From: Paramecium tetraurelia
Lineage: Eukaryota
Assembly (NCBI GenBank): GCA_000165425.1
Contig: CT868463.1
Location: 372,001-436,000 of the forward strand
Direction: 5' to 3'
DNA length: 64,000 nt
A program made the translations under genes and the position numbers. Of the stretch, positions 38,414 to 53,034 are shown piece after piece. The notes under the pieces are model-generated. The model had not been told where the DNA came from. It ran no database searches and saw only the letters and a program-made list of their open reading frames with translations. Every line of letters begins with the position of its first letter. Position 1 is the stretch's first letter.

Positions 38414-40189
38414 TCAATCTTAATCATCCCAATGTCCTCTATCTGGCATTTTTGGTCCTCCAGCCGGTTTAGCAATAATGATCTATTAAATAATGAATAA
38501 AAGATACTTAATCCACTCTCAAGATGGTGATGGCAGCATCCGTTGCTAATTTGATAGCCCACCATTTAGTTTTAAGATGATCAAACACTTTTAATTCACT
38601 TGAGGCAGTTAAGGTTCCATTCTAGATAAGATGAGGATATATACAGAAATGTTTAATGAATGAGGTTTCTCAGAATTCAATTTGTGTAATTAAGCCATCA
38701 TTTCATTTTGAGCAAGACCAGCATTATCAATTAAGATTCTGGGAATGATTTCAAAAGCTTAGGCATATTGTCTATAAGCATATTGATCTATAGATTTAAT
38801 CTTGTTTGCTTCTTATTCTAATTGCTAAGCCAATTTCTAAATATGATAGATATATGAATAGTACAATTTCTGTAGCTCCTCCACCATAAACAAATCTTGA
38901 ATCTTTAATCAATGATCTATAGCAACTAACTCCATCATCAATGGCTCTTTCAATGTCTTCTAAGAGATTTTGGGTTGCTCCTCTTAAAACAATAGTTGCT
39001 AATTTGCAAGTGTCACTTTGCTTTTCAAAGATAGTAACTTTTTGACTTCCAATTTCTTGTACATGGACTCTATCACATGTTCCTAATTCATCTGGCATAG
39101 GTGCAGACAATGTTGATAATGCACTAGCTCCAACTGCTTTGCACAATCGTTTTAATTCGAATTTGGATTAAACCTTCACAATCATCATTTTATATTTTTC
39201 AACAAAGTGCAATACTATTTCTGATATACTTCCTCCGGCAACAATGAGGTTAACTCCAGCATCAGCAATGCTCTTGACTATCTTTTCAGCAAGATCTTCT
39301 TCAGTCTTTGTGTAGTTCTTTAATTCTGTGGCATTCTTGATTAGAACAGTTCCTTTGGTTTCTGATTATTATGGATCTAATGGTGCATTAAATACACAAA
39401 TTTTAGGATTCTCCAATCTGTTGATTTGTCCTTCCACATTTCTAGTCACAATCAATCCAGATAACACATGACTGTCCAAAACAGATCCTCCCAAGATTTT
39501 GGTGACTCTAACATATTCAGAATCAAAGTTAGACTTTTCTCTTGGCAAACATCTAATACATGCCTTGGCTACTAGACCAGCAATCAGATTGGAATAGCTA
39601 TAATTTATATTTAGGAATTTACTCTGATAATTTACTACTCAAAGAGGTTCTAATAGCTTAAAAGACTTATTATTCATCAGCAACATCAGTTATTTCCCAT
39701 ACCTTTTGTTCGTCTAGTAAGTCCAATGCCTTTTTCAATGCTGTCTCATACCCAACCACAATTTAGCTAAATGAATGAATTATTAGTATTACCTTGGATG
39801 CAATCCTAGTTTAATTAAACTTTCAGCTTATTACAATAACTCTCCAGCTAGAGTAATAACAAAATTTGTAGCATCACCTTATTCAGTCTCTTGCATTTTG
39901 GCTGCCATTAGGATCATCTTGGCGGCAGGATGTTGGATTTCCATTTCTTTGAGGATTGTTGCTGCATCACTCGTTACAAATATTTTATCAATGTGATTCA
40001 CAACCATTTTTTTCATTCCATTTGGACCCAATGAAGTTTTAGTCATGTTAGAGATTTCTTTGCATGCTTAAATGTTTTTTAGGATGGCTTCTTCTAATCC
40101 TTGATAATGGCGAGCACCCTGAGAAAGGTTAATACTTTTTATCATACTTCTTTGAGCATCGATTGGAAACCTGCAGCTGTGGATAGCAT
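38414..40189 (-). CDS. CCT8: T-complex protein 1 subunit theta
   Basis: GARHYQGLEEAILKNI, TSLGPNGMKKMVVNHIDKIFVTSDAATI, ATIVLRGATQNLLEDIERAIDDGV, GGGATE, AKPAGGP. Confidence 0.96.
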
Positions 40190-40241
40190 AAATTAGATAA
40201 TTTAATTTTTAAATAATTGCAAAAGAAATATTTAATATTAA

Positions 40242-42294
40242 ATGCCAATTTTGAAGGCTTTAATTGTATTTAGTTATTTGCTTCCAGCATCAATCAGTGT
40301 TCTCTATATTATAGGAATGGCAGCAAGATTCTTTGATTTGCGATCCAATATTCAAGCTTAACCACTCCCTTATAATTACTCAATCATTTTGCGGATTACG
40401 CTATTAACTTTAGATATTAGTAAATTTATTAACTACTCAGAGCTGCTGAATTCGTTGAATTTATTCTAATGATATTTAAAGGCGACGAAAAATATTATTA
40501 CATCTCTGGAGTACTCTTTGTAAACATTTCAGCAATTATCATGCAAATTATTTTAATGGTATGATTCATTTAATTTTAGACATATGAATACAAGAAATAA
40601 GTGCCTATGTTCTTTGCTCACAAAATATATTGGGTCTTAAATTGGTTGTTTTTAAGTATTACACTTACATTACTCATTTTCTATGTAGTATTTTCACTAA
40701 TTACTCTAGCATGGGAAGATATTTGAATACACTTTGCTTGTGTTTCGAGTTCTTGATTATACCATACTTATCATCTTTACTCTCTTCATTAGACGATAGG
40801 ATATAGCGGAATTTGAAACCTTGGGTTTTTGGAGGAGTGAATTACCGATGATAGATTTATCAGAATCTCAAAGACACAGAACATCAACAGTGAATAGTAC
40901 ATTAGATACTTAATTTAGATTCCCAAAGTTCCTTTCTATTAAAAATAGATGTCAAGAAGTAATGGAATATAGTAGATGATGATATTGAAGTTAAACTTGA
41001 TATGTAATTAATTGTTAATTATCATTTAAAGCATAATCGTTGGGGCTGATAAACAATACAAATTAAAAAAGAGGACATCTGAAATCTTCTATCATCATTA
41101 ATAATATATATTCGAGAATAATGACTACTTTGAGCAACATTCTAATGATTTATTATAAGTCAATTTCCTAATGAAGTAGATGCAAGAAAGCTAGGACTTA
41201 TTGCTAATTAATTAAATTCAGAAATACTTTAACTTTATCGTAAGCAAGTTGGAATTGATTACACCTTCTTTTGTTGAATTCATATAATTGCAACATACAG
41301 AGAAAATGTTAATTGAAGAAATGAAATTAGCAAATCATTCCTAAAACTTGCATAAATCCTCAATGATAGTCCGTAAGAATTAACCAAATAAGAAATATAA
41401 ATGGGATATCCAATCATAATATTTGCCATATTTAGATGTTCGAATTACAGAATTTCAAACAATTAAAAATCTTACAGAAACCTATGTACAATATACATTG
41501 ATGACATAATTTGAGGATGAAACTCTAATTGTTTAAAAAAGATTTAAAGAATTTTATGAGTTTAGTGAACTTATGAAAAATATCATTGATATCAAGAACT
41601 TTCCTCCTTTCCCTCAAAAGTCATTAATTAAGATGTCAAATGAAGAAATAGAGGAGAGAAAGTAGGACTTAGAGATCTTTATGAAAGTATTGTTGAATGA
41701 CCGTTAATATCACGTTTCTGCGCTATTCAAATTCATAGGAATGTATCAATCTATTGAAGATCAAGTTAAAAACCTATAAGCAAAAGTGATTAAGGAGAGT
41801 GAATTGATAATCAAATTACACATTAAAAATACAGGATTTGAGGAGGTTGTGGGAAAGGATGGTGAGAAATTCATTAGATACTCATTTGTCATAGGGTCAG
41901 GGGATTCAAAGCACTTAATTTGGAAGAGATTCAGTCAATTTGATGAACTTCATAGTATTTTAAAATAGAGGTATGAGAATGTATGAGATCTATTTTTAGA
42001 TATCCCTTACTTCCTCAATTGCCATATAAGACGACTGCGGCATTATAGTAGATAAATCCAAATGTGAGATGTGTGAATCTATAGCAATATTTGCTTGATT
42101 TAATAAAGGTACCTACAATAGGTGAAAATGCTCATTTGAGATAGTTTTTAGAGGTGAGAAGACTTGAAATAAATGTGAATGATTCTGGATTTGAAGGATC
42201 CTATTCTTAATTTGATAACATTTTGTAAAAATTAGATAATAATAATAAAGATATAGAATAATTGGAAAATATGCACAATAGATTGTGGTAATGA
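40242..42294 (+). CDS. Membrane protein with an N-terminal TM block and two (possibly three) PX domains
   Basis: Hydrophobic N-terminal ~170 aa. PX motifs YVQY..VQKRFKEFYEF..FPPFPQK..IEERKQDLEIFM and IWKRFSQFDELHSILKQRY..LPQLP..LQQYL..FL. Confidence 0.8.
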
Positions 42295-42321
42295 AATTAT
42301 ATAATATAAACAATATCTTTA

Positions 42322-43683
42322 ATGTTTAGATTTCATCGCATACCCAAATATTTCCTATCTCTCCACGAGTATTAAACAGCAGAATTTTTCAAATCGTTTT
42401 AACTTCCCATCCCTCCTGGAAAGATTTGCAAGACCCCAGATGAAGCTTACAAGGCGGCTATAAAAATCATTCAAGAGGGATCAGAAAGAAATTCCTTCAC
42501 AGATTTGGTTGTGAAGGCTTAATGTCACACTGGTGGAAGAGGGAAAGGATATTTCAAAGAGAATGGATTTAATAGTGTACCTGTGAATATCTATTTAGGG
42601 AATTCACATAGTGTCAAATCCTGAAGATGTAAAGGAATACGCTAGTAAAATGTTGGGAAACACTCTGATAACCAAATAAACAGGAAGTTTGGGAAAGAAG
42701 TGTGAGATGGTTTACGTAGTCGAAAGAAATTTCCTAAGAAAAGAATTGTATTTGTCAATTCTCTTGGACAGAAATACAGGAGGCTTAGGGATTGTGGCTT
42801 CAGAAAAGGGAGGCATACACATAGAGGAGAGTGATCCTAATTATATCAAGAAATTCTCAATTGAAATGCCAAACAATGTAGATGAAATTGACTTTTCCAT
42901 TTATGAAAATGTGTCAAAAGTCTATAAATTGAATCCCATATAGCATAATCAGATGAAAGATGTAAGTACTAGTATATTCATATTTAGATTTTGAAGAAAA
43001 TGTTCGATATCTTTTTATAAACTGATGCCACATTGTTAGAGATAAATCCACTTGGAATCGATTTGTAAGGAAATTTGATTATTTGTGATCAAAAACTTAA
43101 CATCGATGATAACTCACAATTTAGACAACATGCTATCTTTCACATGGAAGATGTTAGATAAAAAGATTGGAAAGAAGTAGAAGCATAGAAACATGGATTG
43201 AATTATATTGCTTTAGATGGAAACATAGGTTGTATGGTTAATGGAGCAGGATTGGCTATGGCTACAATGGATTTGATTAAATAATATGAAGGATCACCTG
43301 CTAACTTTTTGGATGTTGGTGGTAAAGCCACTGATTAGGAAATTGTATCTGCACTGAAAATTATGGATAAAGATCCTAATGTTGAAGCCATTCTTGTTAA
43401 TATCTTTGCTGGTATTGCAAGGTAATTGTAATTATTATTCTCAAGGTGTGATTAAATAGTTTTGGGATTACTAAAGGGATTGACAGTTTTAGGAATGAAA
43501 AAGCCAATGGTGTTGAGAATGAAGGGAACAAAAGTTGAGGAAGCAAAGAAATTGATTGACGAATCAGGATTCAACATGATATTTACTGAAGATCTAGACG
43601 AAGCTGCTAAGAAGGCTGTTAGAATGGCAGCAATATTAAGATTAGCAAAGGAAGCAAATATAAATGTGAATTTAACAAGTTGA
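42322..43683 (+). CDS. Succinyl-CoA ligase beta subunit, mitochondrial
   Basis: [76 protein letters not shown] versus GDP specificity not determined. Confidence 0.95.
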
Positions 43684-43710
43684 TATAACTTCATTTTCAT
43701 TTATACATTA

Positions 43711-44586
43711 TCAATAGCAATCAATTGTACCGTATTAAAAATTACTCTCTTGTTTTAGTGTTTGAATTTGACTCTAACCATTACTTTCTCCATTCACAGT
43801 CAACAAATTTCCCAACATATTGAATGATACTCTCCATATAGTCATATTATATTGGATATCTTGAATTTCAACAACCTTATTATTATCCAATCTATTGACA
43901 ATTAGTTTCCCGTCCTATACATTTAATGTAGATATTTACATCTCCTCCTGAAACAAGGATATTTTCTAAAGGATGAAATTGGACATCCTTCACTACATCT
44001 AAATGAGATTGGATCGTGTATTTCAATTAAGGTTTATTATTGTTAGTAAATTCCCAGATTTTAATCAATTTATCAGCGCTGCATGTTGCCAATAACGAAC
44101 CATCCTAGTTCCAACATAATCCATGTATTGTTGATTCATGTGCTTACCATTTATTTTCGACATCCCAATTCTTGTTATTATCTAATAATATCACAAATCC
44201 ATCTGATGTGCCACATGCCAAAAGTAATTCTCTTGGCATAAACTAAACACAATTAACACTGCCCTCATTCTAATAACTCGCCACTTTCGACCACTCCTTT
44301 TATTCTCTATATATTGATATTTCTCCATCATAAGATGAAGTGGCTATCACGTTGCCAAATCTAGGATGCGACCAAGATATTGAAAATAAAGGAGAATCAC
44401 GACTATATTTAATACTCATTTTATGTACGTCTTAATTTAAGCAACTTATTATTTTTTTGACACGTCATAGACATTAATATATCCATCACTACCACAGCTT
44501 GCTAATTTGTCACCGTAGTAATCGTATTTAATATCGTGGATCATGCTTTAATGTCCAGAATTTATCTAAACGCCCTCTGTTAACAT
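43711..44586 (-). CDS. SEC13: Sec13-like WD40 protein
   Basis: HQSMIHDIKYDYYGDKLASCGSDG, SWSHPRFGNVIATSSYDG, LACGTSDG, IWRVSFN. Introns of 26 and 25 nt. Confidence 0.85.
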
Positions 44587-44672
44587 CACAAGGATTTTTA
44601 TTATTTTTATTTATAATTAGACACATAAAGTTTCACATTATTTTAATACATAACAATTGAGGAAAAACATAA

Positions 44673-47231
44673 TCACATTTCTTTCTGGAATTCCTCTATC
44701 AGATACTCTAAAATTTGATCACTCACTTCCATTAAATATTCAGTTCTATCATCCTCAATCAAATTCCACTTATACTCCTATTATTTCAACTAAAATATTT
44801 TTAATATTGTACATCCTCTACAAGTAATTTATACAGTTATTCATCTCTAATCAAAGTCAAATTATCGAATTAGATATTTGTATCCACTAACAAAGGGTTT
44901 TCAACTAAATTTAACTACTACATGAGCATTAATAAATTTTTCTCATCTATTATTTCTTATTTCTCCTATTTAACATTTTCGAATTCTTCTGGCTCATAAA
45001 AGCCACACAAAACTTTACTCTGTTTTAATACTACCGATTTCACTTTTTCCAATATTTATACTAAGTTTTCATTAGATATTCTCTATAAATTTAAACTACT
45101 TCTTTCCCATGGATATTTTATACCAGAATCTAGAAGATTTAATTAAAATTATTACTGTAATAGTAAGGTCTATAACTATTTAAAGCCTCATTGCAAGCAT
45201 CAAAAATAGCTTTATTATGAATATGTTGCAATTCTAGAATAGCACACTCTACCTCATCGTTGTTATTGTCAGTTTCAGGTATTCTTTTATTTTCTTATTC
45301 AACAAAAATACCTTCATCAATTGGAAAAGCAATTGAAGTTTGGAAATCCTCATGATCATTGTCAATATCAAAATCGCAGTCTTCATTTCCATGTATTATT
45401 TTCAATCTTTACTTAGGTGTAAATCCAAAAGGAGTATTCAAATTTTCAATTAAAGATTACTTATAATTTTCCAAAATATATTTAAAGAGGTTATCTATAT
45501 ATTATGAGATATCAGACATGGAAGTAGGAACACAAGGTGTTTATTCTTAATTCGCAATAAGGTTTGAAATTATTAAATAAAGATCTTCTCTATTATTCAA
45601 CATTTCCTCAGATATGTCTATCATCATTTCATTTAAGATTTCAGTAGTTACCAAATCCACATTCTTTTAGATTTCCTATTATGATTAATAATTCTGTTGT
45701 TTATCTTTTAAACCATTGAATTATTCGTCTATATATTCTTAGATCTATTAAATCTATAAACTATATTATTGATCAGATGAGAGTTCTGCTGATGCAACGA
45801 GGATATCTCTTTGAATTTTTTTTAATGTTGTTATTTCTCTCATATGGCCAATCTCAAAAGCCTTTCTTGTATTTTTTAAATCTTCTAACTCTTTATTTAA
45901 CCATTCTTGAAGGATATAGTGATGTTTTTCTGCAACTTACTTTAATTCAACATCGTATCTGAGGTATATGGCTTCTTCTCTGTACTTTGATATTAAGTTT
46001 TCTTCTTATTATATTCGCTATTATAATTATAACACGTTGTTTTTAGTAAGATCCTCACTTAATTTCTTTTGATGACTAGTTGTACTTTTTTCTTAATTTA
46101 TTTAGTTTTCACTTTTTCTTTCTGAAATATTTTCAGATAATAATTTATGATTTTAAATTATAGATATGATTTATTATTGCATCTATTTGTTTATGTTTGA
46201 AATATCTGTATTTTAAACTATTCTTTAGATAAAGAGATTCCAATTTTCAAATTCTTAGTTTAATTAATTCACAATAGGTGAGGATTCTTCTGACAGGGTT
46301 GAACTTCTAATGTTTGAAATGAGAGTTTATTTATCTCCTCCTTAGCTAAAAAGAAATCCATCCTCAAAATTGGTAGGAGATACTTATTATGAGACTTGTT
46401 ATTTGGGTTCCCAATCTAAGCTGATTTATTATAATTTAGTTTAAGAATAATTCTGCTTTTCCTTATTCTTTTTAAGGTCTTTCCATCGATGTTATATTAA
46501 TGTGGCTGCTTAATTTTAATAAAATTCGTTCTGGACTTCTTCCATAATCTTCATTTAGATTTGATTTTCAGTTTAGGTTTTGTAAGATTGCTAATGCTTA
46601 TTTACTTCGGATTAAAATTAGGAAATTTAATCAATTTAGATTTTTTCATATCTTTTGGAAATTTCTTGAAACCTTTCAATAATTTCATTTATTTTATATT
46701 TTTTCAGTTTATTTTTCATTACCATTTTCTACTTTGCTTTTTTAGCATTTCCAAATATTTTTTTAGTTTTTAATTTCAATTTTTAGAGATTGAGTAATCT
46801 AAAATCATATAAAACTCTGAATAATACTTCTTTTATTGATCATTCTGAATCTTCTATTACAAAAGCCTTTCTTGTAACACCTCAGATTATTTTTTTTCCT
46901 TAATAAATTATTGTAGTGACTATTTTTTATGACGTTGTTATTTTTCAGTGAATAAGGGAGAGCTTTGATTGGGATTCTTTGTGCCTTCCTAATTTTTTTA
47001 TGGCTTATTACTTTTTCTGGAAGATTTCAATTCTTCAGGGGACATAGTTCGTTTGGTTTCAATTGTATTTTTTGTAGATTTAGTAGTGCCTGTAATGGGA
47101 CTTCGCTACGATAAAATTTAGTCGGTTGTCTTGAGTGTTCTTTGTGTAGAAATTGGGGCAATCTCTTAGAATTTTTAAGTAGATTTGAGAGACTTTTTTT
47201 TCTTGTACACTTTTCCCTGTTGACCTTGCAT
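44673..47231 (-). CDS. Coiled-coil protein with an IQ-like motif and a C-terminal DUF4378 (CEP350-like) domain
   Basis: QAATLIQHRWK, IHNKAIFDACNEALNSYRPY and C-terminal WNLIEDDRTEYLMEVSDQILEYLIEE. Confidence 0.7.
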
Positions 47232-47316
47232 GATAAGAACTGTCTTTTTTGGAGGTGGAGTGTAATTTACAAATTATATATATTAACGAACAAATTAATA
47301 ATTATACAAATTCAAA

Positions 47317-50300
47317 ATGAGCAAGGTTCAATTCATGGATCAATTATTACGAGATTTCAGGGAAGTCAGTGCTGTTTAAAATAAGTCATCTGTCAATGAG
47401 TCCTTCTTGAAAGAGGAGAGCACAGGCCCTTAAATAATACTTACCAATAATAAAAATAGATTGAAGTTGAAAGAATATAGTAAAAAGTTAAGCCATTACA
47501 AATAAGAGATGGTTAACATTTCCAATTAGATTGATTTGGAAAATGCAAGGTTCAAGGAATCCAAAATATCAATGGCCACAATCATAACAAGAGAGATTAA
47601 TAAATTATAAAAGCAAGATGAAGATCAAATCAAAGAAATGTTGGCTTTCGTAAGAAAATTAATTGAATTTAATCAAAAGATAACTCTTGAAATTGAAAAC
47701 GTGTTTGAAAAGTATTGATAAGTGCCCTATATCATATTAGTCAATAGACAGTGTCATCTCAAGAGGTTGAGGCTGCTGCTCAAGTGTTCCAAGAGGTCGA
47801 ACAACAAGTGCTAGCTCTAAAGGATAAAAGATTGGATCTAGGCTCTATGGACTTTAAGTTATTGTCCATGAGTGAATATAATAGAATCATCTTACAATTA
47901 CAAGAATAGAAACTTAACAATTAAGAATATTAAAATAGTCTATTTAAAAATGAATAGAAAATAAATCTGATGTTAAGTCAATAATTGGAGGAGAAAAATC
48001 AAGTCATTCAATAATTATAAAAGAATTCATTATGGGAATAATGGAGAGATCTAGAATAATTGATATTCAATCAATTAGAGAGATTTAGAATTCCATAACC
48101 AAAATCAGATGGCAATTTAGTGAACTATGTCTTTGACTACTTAGATCAATTGGTTTATAATTAAGAATGTGAAATTAAAGATTTATAAGATTAGATTTTC
48201 AAATACCAGAAAGAAATTGATGAAGTAAAACAAGAAAATGAAATTATCATTAGGGAGAATAAGTAGATCCAAAACTAGGTAAAACTAAGGATTGATGAGA
48301 AACATCAAGAAAAATTGCAACTTCAAGATGAAATGAAGAATATTCTGAATAACAGTATTGAAGTTGAAAAAGAGAATCAAGTATACAATAATCAATTATA
48401 AATGTATACTCATCAAATTAAACAACTCCAGAAGAGCAACACCAATCTATATAAGGAATTGCAAAAATACAAAAATGATCTCAATGAATTAAATGATATC
48501 AGAGTGAAATTAGAGGATCAATGTGAAAAACATTTAGCAATCATTGAAAGACTCAATAATTAGAATAATGAATTAGAATCAATCTTATACTAATCCAAAA
48601 ATGATGAAAGTGATGAAGTCAAATAATATATTCAATTATCCAAATCTCAATCCAATAGAATCCAACAATTAGAATCTGAATTAAATCACACTTCATAATA
48701 GAATTAAAATTTATCAGGTAAATAGAAAGAATAAGATGAGTAATTGCAATAATTAAGAAATTAAATTTAAGATCTATAAAAGTCAATTCATAATCAAGAA
48801 AATGAAATTAAGAAATAAATGAAACTTAATGATGCATTGTAAAAGCAATTGAAAGAAAGTTATGAACTAAATAATACATAAAATTCTGATTTTAAAGAAT
48901 TAGATGAAGAAATTAAATATTAAATAAAATACAATGAAATTCAAAAAGAATACAAAGAATATAAACTATAATCAGAAAATAGATTAAATAAAGCATTAAC
49001 ATAGTCTTAGGAATTTTAATAAAAGTTTCAGATTTAAGAATAGGAAAAGCTGTTAGAGAGCTATAAATTGATTGAAAAAGAAACAACTCTTAAGAGTGAG
49101 AATCAAATTTTAAATCAGAAACTCAATATGTTACAAGAGTAATTGAAATAATAAGAAATTAATTAATTAAATGAAATCAAAGTTACTAAGCTAGCATTAG
49201 AACAAACTTAGGTTTAGTACCAATAATAATCTTAATTGTTTGATAAACTGAAAATTTAGGCTTCACAATTAGAACGAGTAATGATTTTATCTTATATAAT
49301 AGGCCGTACTAGAAAAATAGACTTTAATCTAACAACTTTAAGATGAACTCGATAGTAATTCTGCTTAATATGAATAATAAGTCAATGAAATTCAATAGGA
49401 ATACAATTGTATTGTTGAAGTAATAATTTAAAAATTAAACTTAGGAAAATTAATCACAAATCACATCACTATAATAGACAATTTCCAACCAAAAACATGA
49501 GATCATGCTTTAACAAAGATAAATTGATTAGTTAGAATTTTAGAAACAATAAGATTTATTGTAATACAAAATTGAGAATGATAAGAAGTCTCTGTAATTT
49601 GCAAAGGAATTAGAGTAAGTCAAGGATGTTTTGAATTCTTCTGTAAGCTTTTAGTAAATCAAAGAAACTGAAAAATCATTTTAGAAAAAAATGTCATAAG
49701 TTTAGGAATCATCTAATAAATCTATAGTCCAAACTTAATAAAAATATGAATAGATTATTTAAGATTTAGTTAAATAATACGATAAATAAGTAAACTATTT
49801 ATAGGACTAATTACAACTGTAAAATAGATTGGATTTCTAATAAAATCGAAATAGTTAAAAACCCCCAAGAGGTTAGCACAAGAGTCCTAATTGCTATACT
49901 AACTCTCCAGCCTCATCCATATAACAAAGCTTTTACAGAGAAGTGGCTAAATTCTCAAAAGACTTAGATGATTCCTAAGAGTCTAATTCTCAAAAAAGGA
50001 CAACAGGAGTCATTAAATAAAATAAACATATTTTTATAGAAGATGATAACAATACAAGTTAGGAATAAAATTCAACTGTTTAAAATTATAGCAGTTCTGG
50101 AAGAGTATAAATACATGATCATGCTGTTCAAACAGATTAATAAAATGAAGATATTTTCCCTCCTTTTGATCATAGGATCTGTTTAAGGTGTAAAAAAAAT
50201 GATATGATTGCTCCCAATTTTTGTAAATTCAAGGAAGTCAATTAATTCACAGACTTAAGCAATGTAATTTATATTTATATTTGATAGAGTTAAGGAAGTG

Positions 50301-50572
50301 CAAGTAGGTTAAAATCATCAAGAGTATTAAAAGAACATATATATGGAAGTAATTTAAGTTGGAGATAAAGGGAAACTAATTCAATCACAAAGTCAAACTA
50401 TTTTTCTATTGGAGAAAAAACATCATAAGGAATCAATACAATTTTAAGTTTAATAAATATTGAGAACACAGAATTTAAAAGAAGTGCTAGCCAAACAAGA
50501 AATAAAAGAAACTCAGAAAGTTTGTCAATCTCATTTAGTTCTAAAATGGATACAAAACGAAGTAATTAATGA
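47317..50572 (+). CDS. Large coiled-coil protein (~1050 aa)
   Basis: Long Q/E/K/L-rich heptad frame from MSKVQFMDQLLRDF, a few short introns, TGA at 50570-50572. Confidence 0.8.
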
Positions 50573-50751
50573 TTGTAATTAATCAATTTATATTAAATCT
50601 TAATTTTATTTATTTTTAAGCGCTATGATTTAACACAACAAAAAATGATAATTCTTTAAAATTAGCATAAGACTTTTAATAAGATTTACTAATTATGATT
50701 TCTAAACACAAATAATTTTTAAACAATAGATGTTTAATATAATAAATAAAT

Positions 50752-51552
50752 TCATTTTTTAGTAAATTAATCCCATAAACCTTTAATTCCACTTTTTATG
50801 TTTTGTAAGGATTCTTTAAGGTTCTCTTCTTTATTTGCAAAAGATTAAACATTTTGTTATCTTTTAACTTCATTTTCCACTTGTTATCGCTGTCTATCCT
50901 GATAGAATTTTCCAGCCATCTCAGCAAAATTCATAAATGTATGAACCCTATTAAATTTAGGATCTCCTTTTGTGGCTTGTCGAAATGCTTAGGAGAACTA
51001 ACTAAATTGACCATTTTAGAACATATTCATAAATTCTTAAGCTTACTTTTGCATTTCCTCCATTTATTCTTTTGAAAATTGTTAGGAATTACTACTACCT
51101 TAAATAAATTTTAAGTGATTACTTCTATATGAATATTGTTGATAAAACCCATTTGGACCTTATTTCCTAATAAATTCTTCATAGTTGTATTGTTATCCAT
51201 GCTCATTAGCATTTCTAGAATTAGTTTCATTAGTGTTATTGCTATAGGATCTGGCTGAATCATATTATTATTTTTTATGCTTATCTGATAAAACCTAATA
51301 ATAAATGAGATTAAGTACATCCCAAGCTTCATTTATTTATTTAAATTTTTCTTCATTTCCTTTATTTATGTCAGGGTGATATTGCTTAGCTAATTTATAA
51401 TATTCTTGTTTTATTTTTTGTTCTGGATCTGTAGGCGAACTATTTAGGATTTTGTAGTAGTCTTTGTTAACATCAAATTGTGGAGGTTAAAAGAAACAAT
51501 ATCGAGGTGTTGGATGAAATGCGAATTTCCAGATTCTTCGATTAAAAATCAT
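50752..51552 (-). CDS. DnaJ (J-domain) protein with a probable mitochondrial presequence
   Basis: MIFNRRIWKFAF presequence-like start, then KDYYKILN..IKQEYYKLAKQYHPDIN..EKFKQINEAWDVLSD..YD. Confidence 0.88.
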
Positions 51553-51562
51553 AATTAAATTA

Positions 51563-53034
51563 ATGAAAAGATTAGCATATAGAAGAAGGGAGCCAACTTA
51601 AACTACTACTTGTGTATTTATTGGACAAATTTTAGTTTAGTGATCATAAGACTGAATAGGATGAGCCAAAATAAAAAGATGACAGACTCAAGAATTGGAA
51701 CATTATGTTTGGCAATTTCTTAGGTGAAGGACTCGTTAGATAAAAGAAAAGAAATAAACATATCGATCCTGCCTTTTTGAGAGAGGCTCCGATCTTTTGT
51801 GGGAGTAATGTGTACAACAGTCCTTCAGTAAGGGACAATTTTGAAAAATTTATCAAAGGCGAAATATCAGCTTGTGAGTTTTTAACACGTAAAAATTAAT
51901 CAGAGTTGCTTGTTCGATAAAGACCTAATTCTTCAAAAAAATTCTAACTTTTCAGAATCGATAAAGATAAAATTCATGGGAACGATAATCCTAAGCAATC
52001 TGGTTTTCTCAAATTACTGAAAGACAAATCAGATGAAATCTCTAAAAAATCAAGGATTGAATCTAGGTTGCTGTTTTAAGAAATTTAATTGAACATAAGA
52101 TAAAATTAAAAGAAGAGGAAGATATTATAAAAAGAAGTCGGGAATTGAAAAATGTTAGTGTTATCAAGCAGATGTATGATATAAGTGATGAATATATCAA
52201 ATTGATATCTAGGAGATATACAGAAAAAAAAATAACTCCAACAATTTAAAAAAGCATTGTTAATGGAAACCAAATTAAATTAATTTAACACTAAAATCCA
52301 TATCAAAATTAAAAAACAGCTGCGTATGAAAATGAAGCTAAAAACAAATATGTTCCTCCTACTTAAGTGTCTGCTATCAAACTTTAAATAAATTAAAAAG
52401 CAAAAGAATATATTGATGAATTACAGAATAGAGATTTCATTCAAAATGAAAAAGCCAAAAAGAAAATATTCCAAAACTCTTAATATAAAAATATAGTTCA
52501 TTAGCAATCTTAATCTTTGCATAGTCTTAGGAATGTCAAATAAATAGTTCCATTTATTAAATAAAACTACTTAAAAAATCAATATATAAATAATGATTTA
52601 GAATTGATTAAATATATTACAGATTTTCAAGTTGAAGATCCTTTTCATGATAAAGAGATATAATCTAAAGTGAGAAAATCTTTGCTTATTTCTGCAGGGA
52701 TAGTACCTCACAATTAAATTTAAAAATACTTTAGAAAATTCATAAACAATCTTACTTGAATCTTAATGATGGGATATCACAGAAATCCTCGAGATCAATT
52801 AATGATTCCTTAAATTCAATGTACGAATTTAATGTAGACTCATTATATAATTAAAGCATAACTTTACAAAATAAATTACTGGAAAAATAGTCTGAAGGAT
52901 TTAGTAAAACTATAAGATCAATCCAAAGGAATGAATCTCTCAAGAGGTAATTGCTCTATTAATACTTTAGGGATATCATTTAAAGAAATGTCTAGAAATT
53001 AGAGGGTCTCAAGAAACTGAAAATTGGTGGATGA
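51563..53034 (+). CDS. Hypothetical protein; apparent frameshift near 52060-52140
   Basis: ATG at 51563, 22-nt first intron, coding-like frames on both sides of the shift, later introns of 32 and 24 nt, TGA at 53032-53034. Confidence 0.55.

Noticed and set aside
43452..43700. Antisense ORF from the supplied track over the succinyl-CoA ligase 3' end
   Set aside because: Shadow frame of a conserved gene. Sec13 stops at 43711 and does not continue into it.
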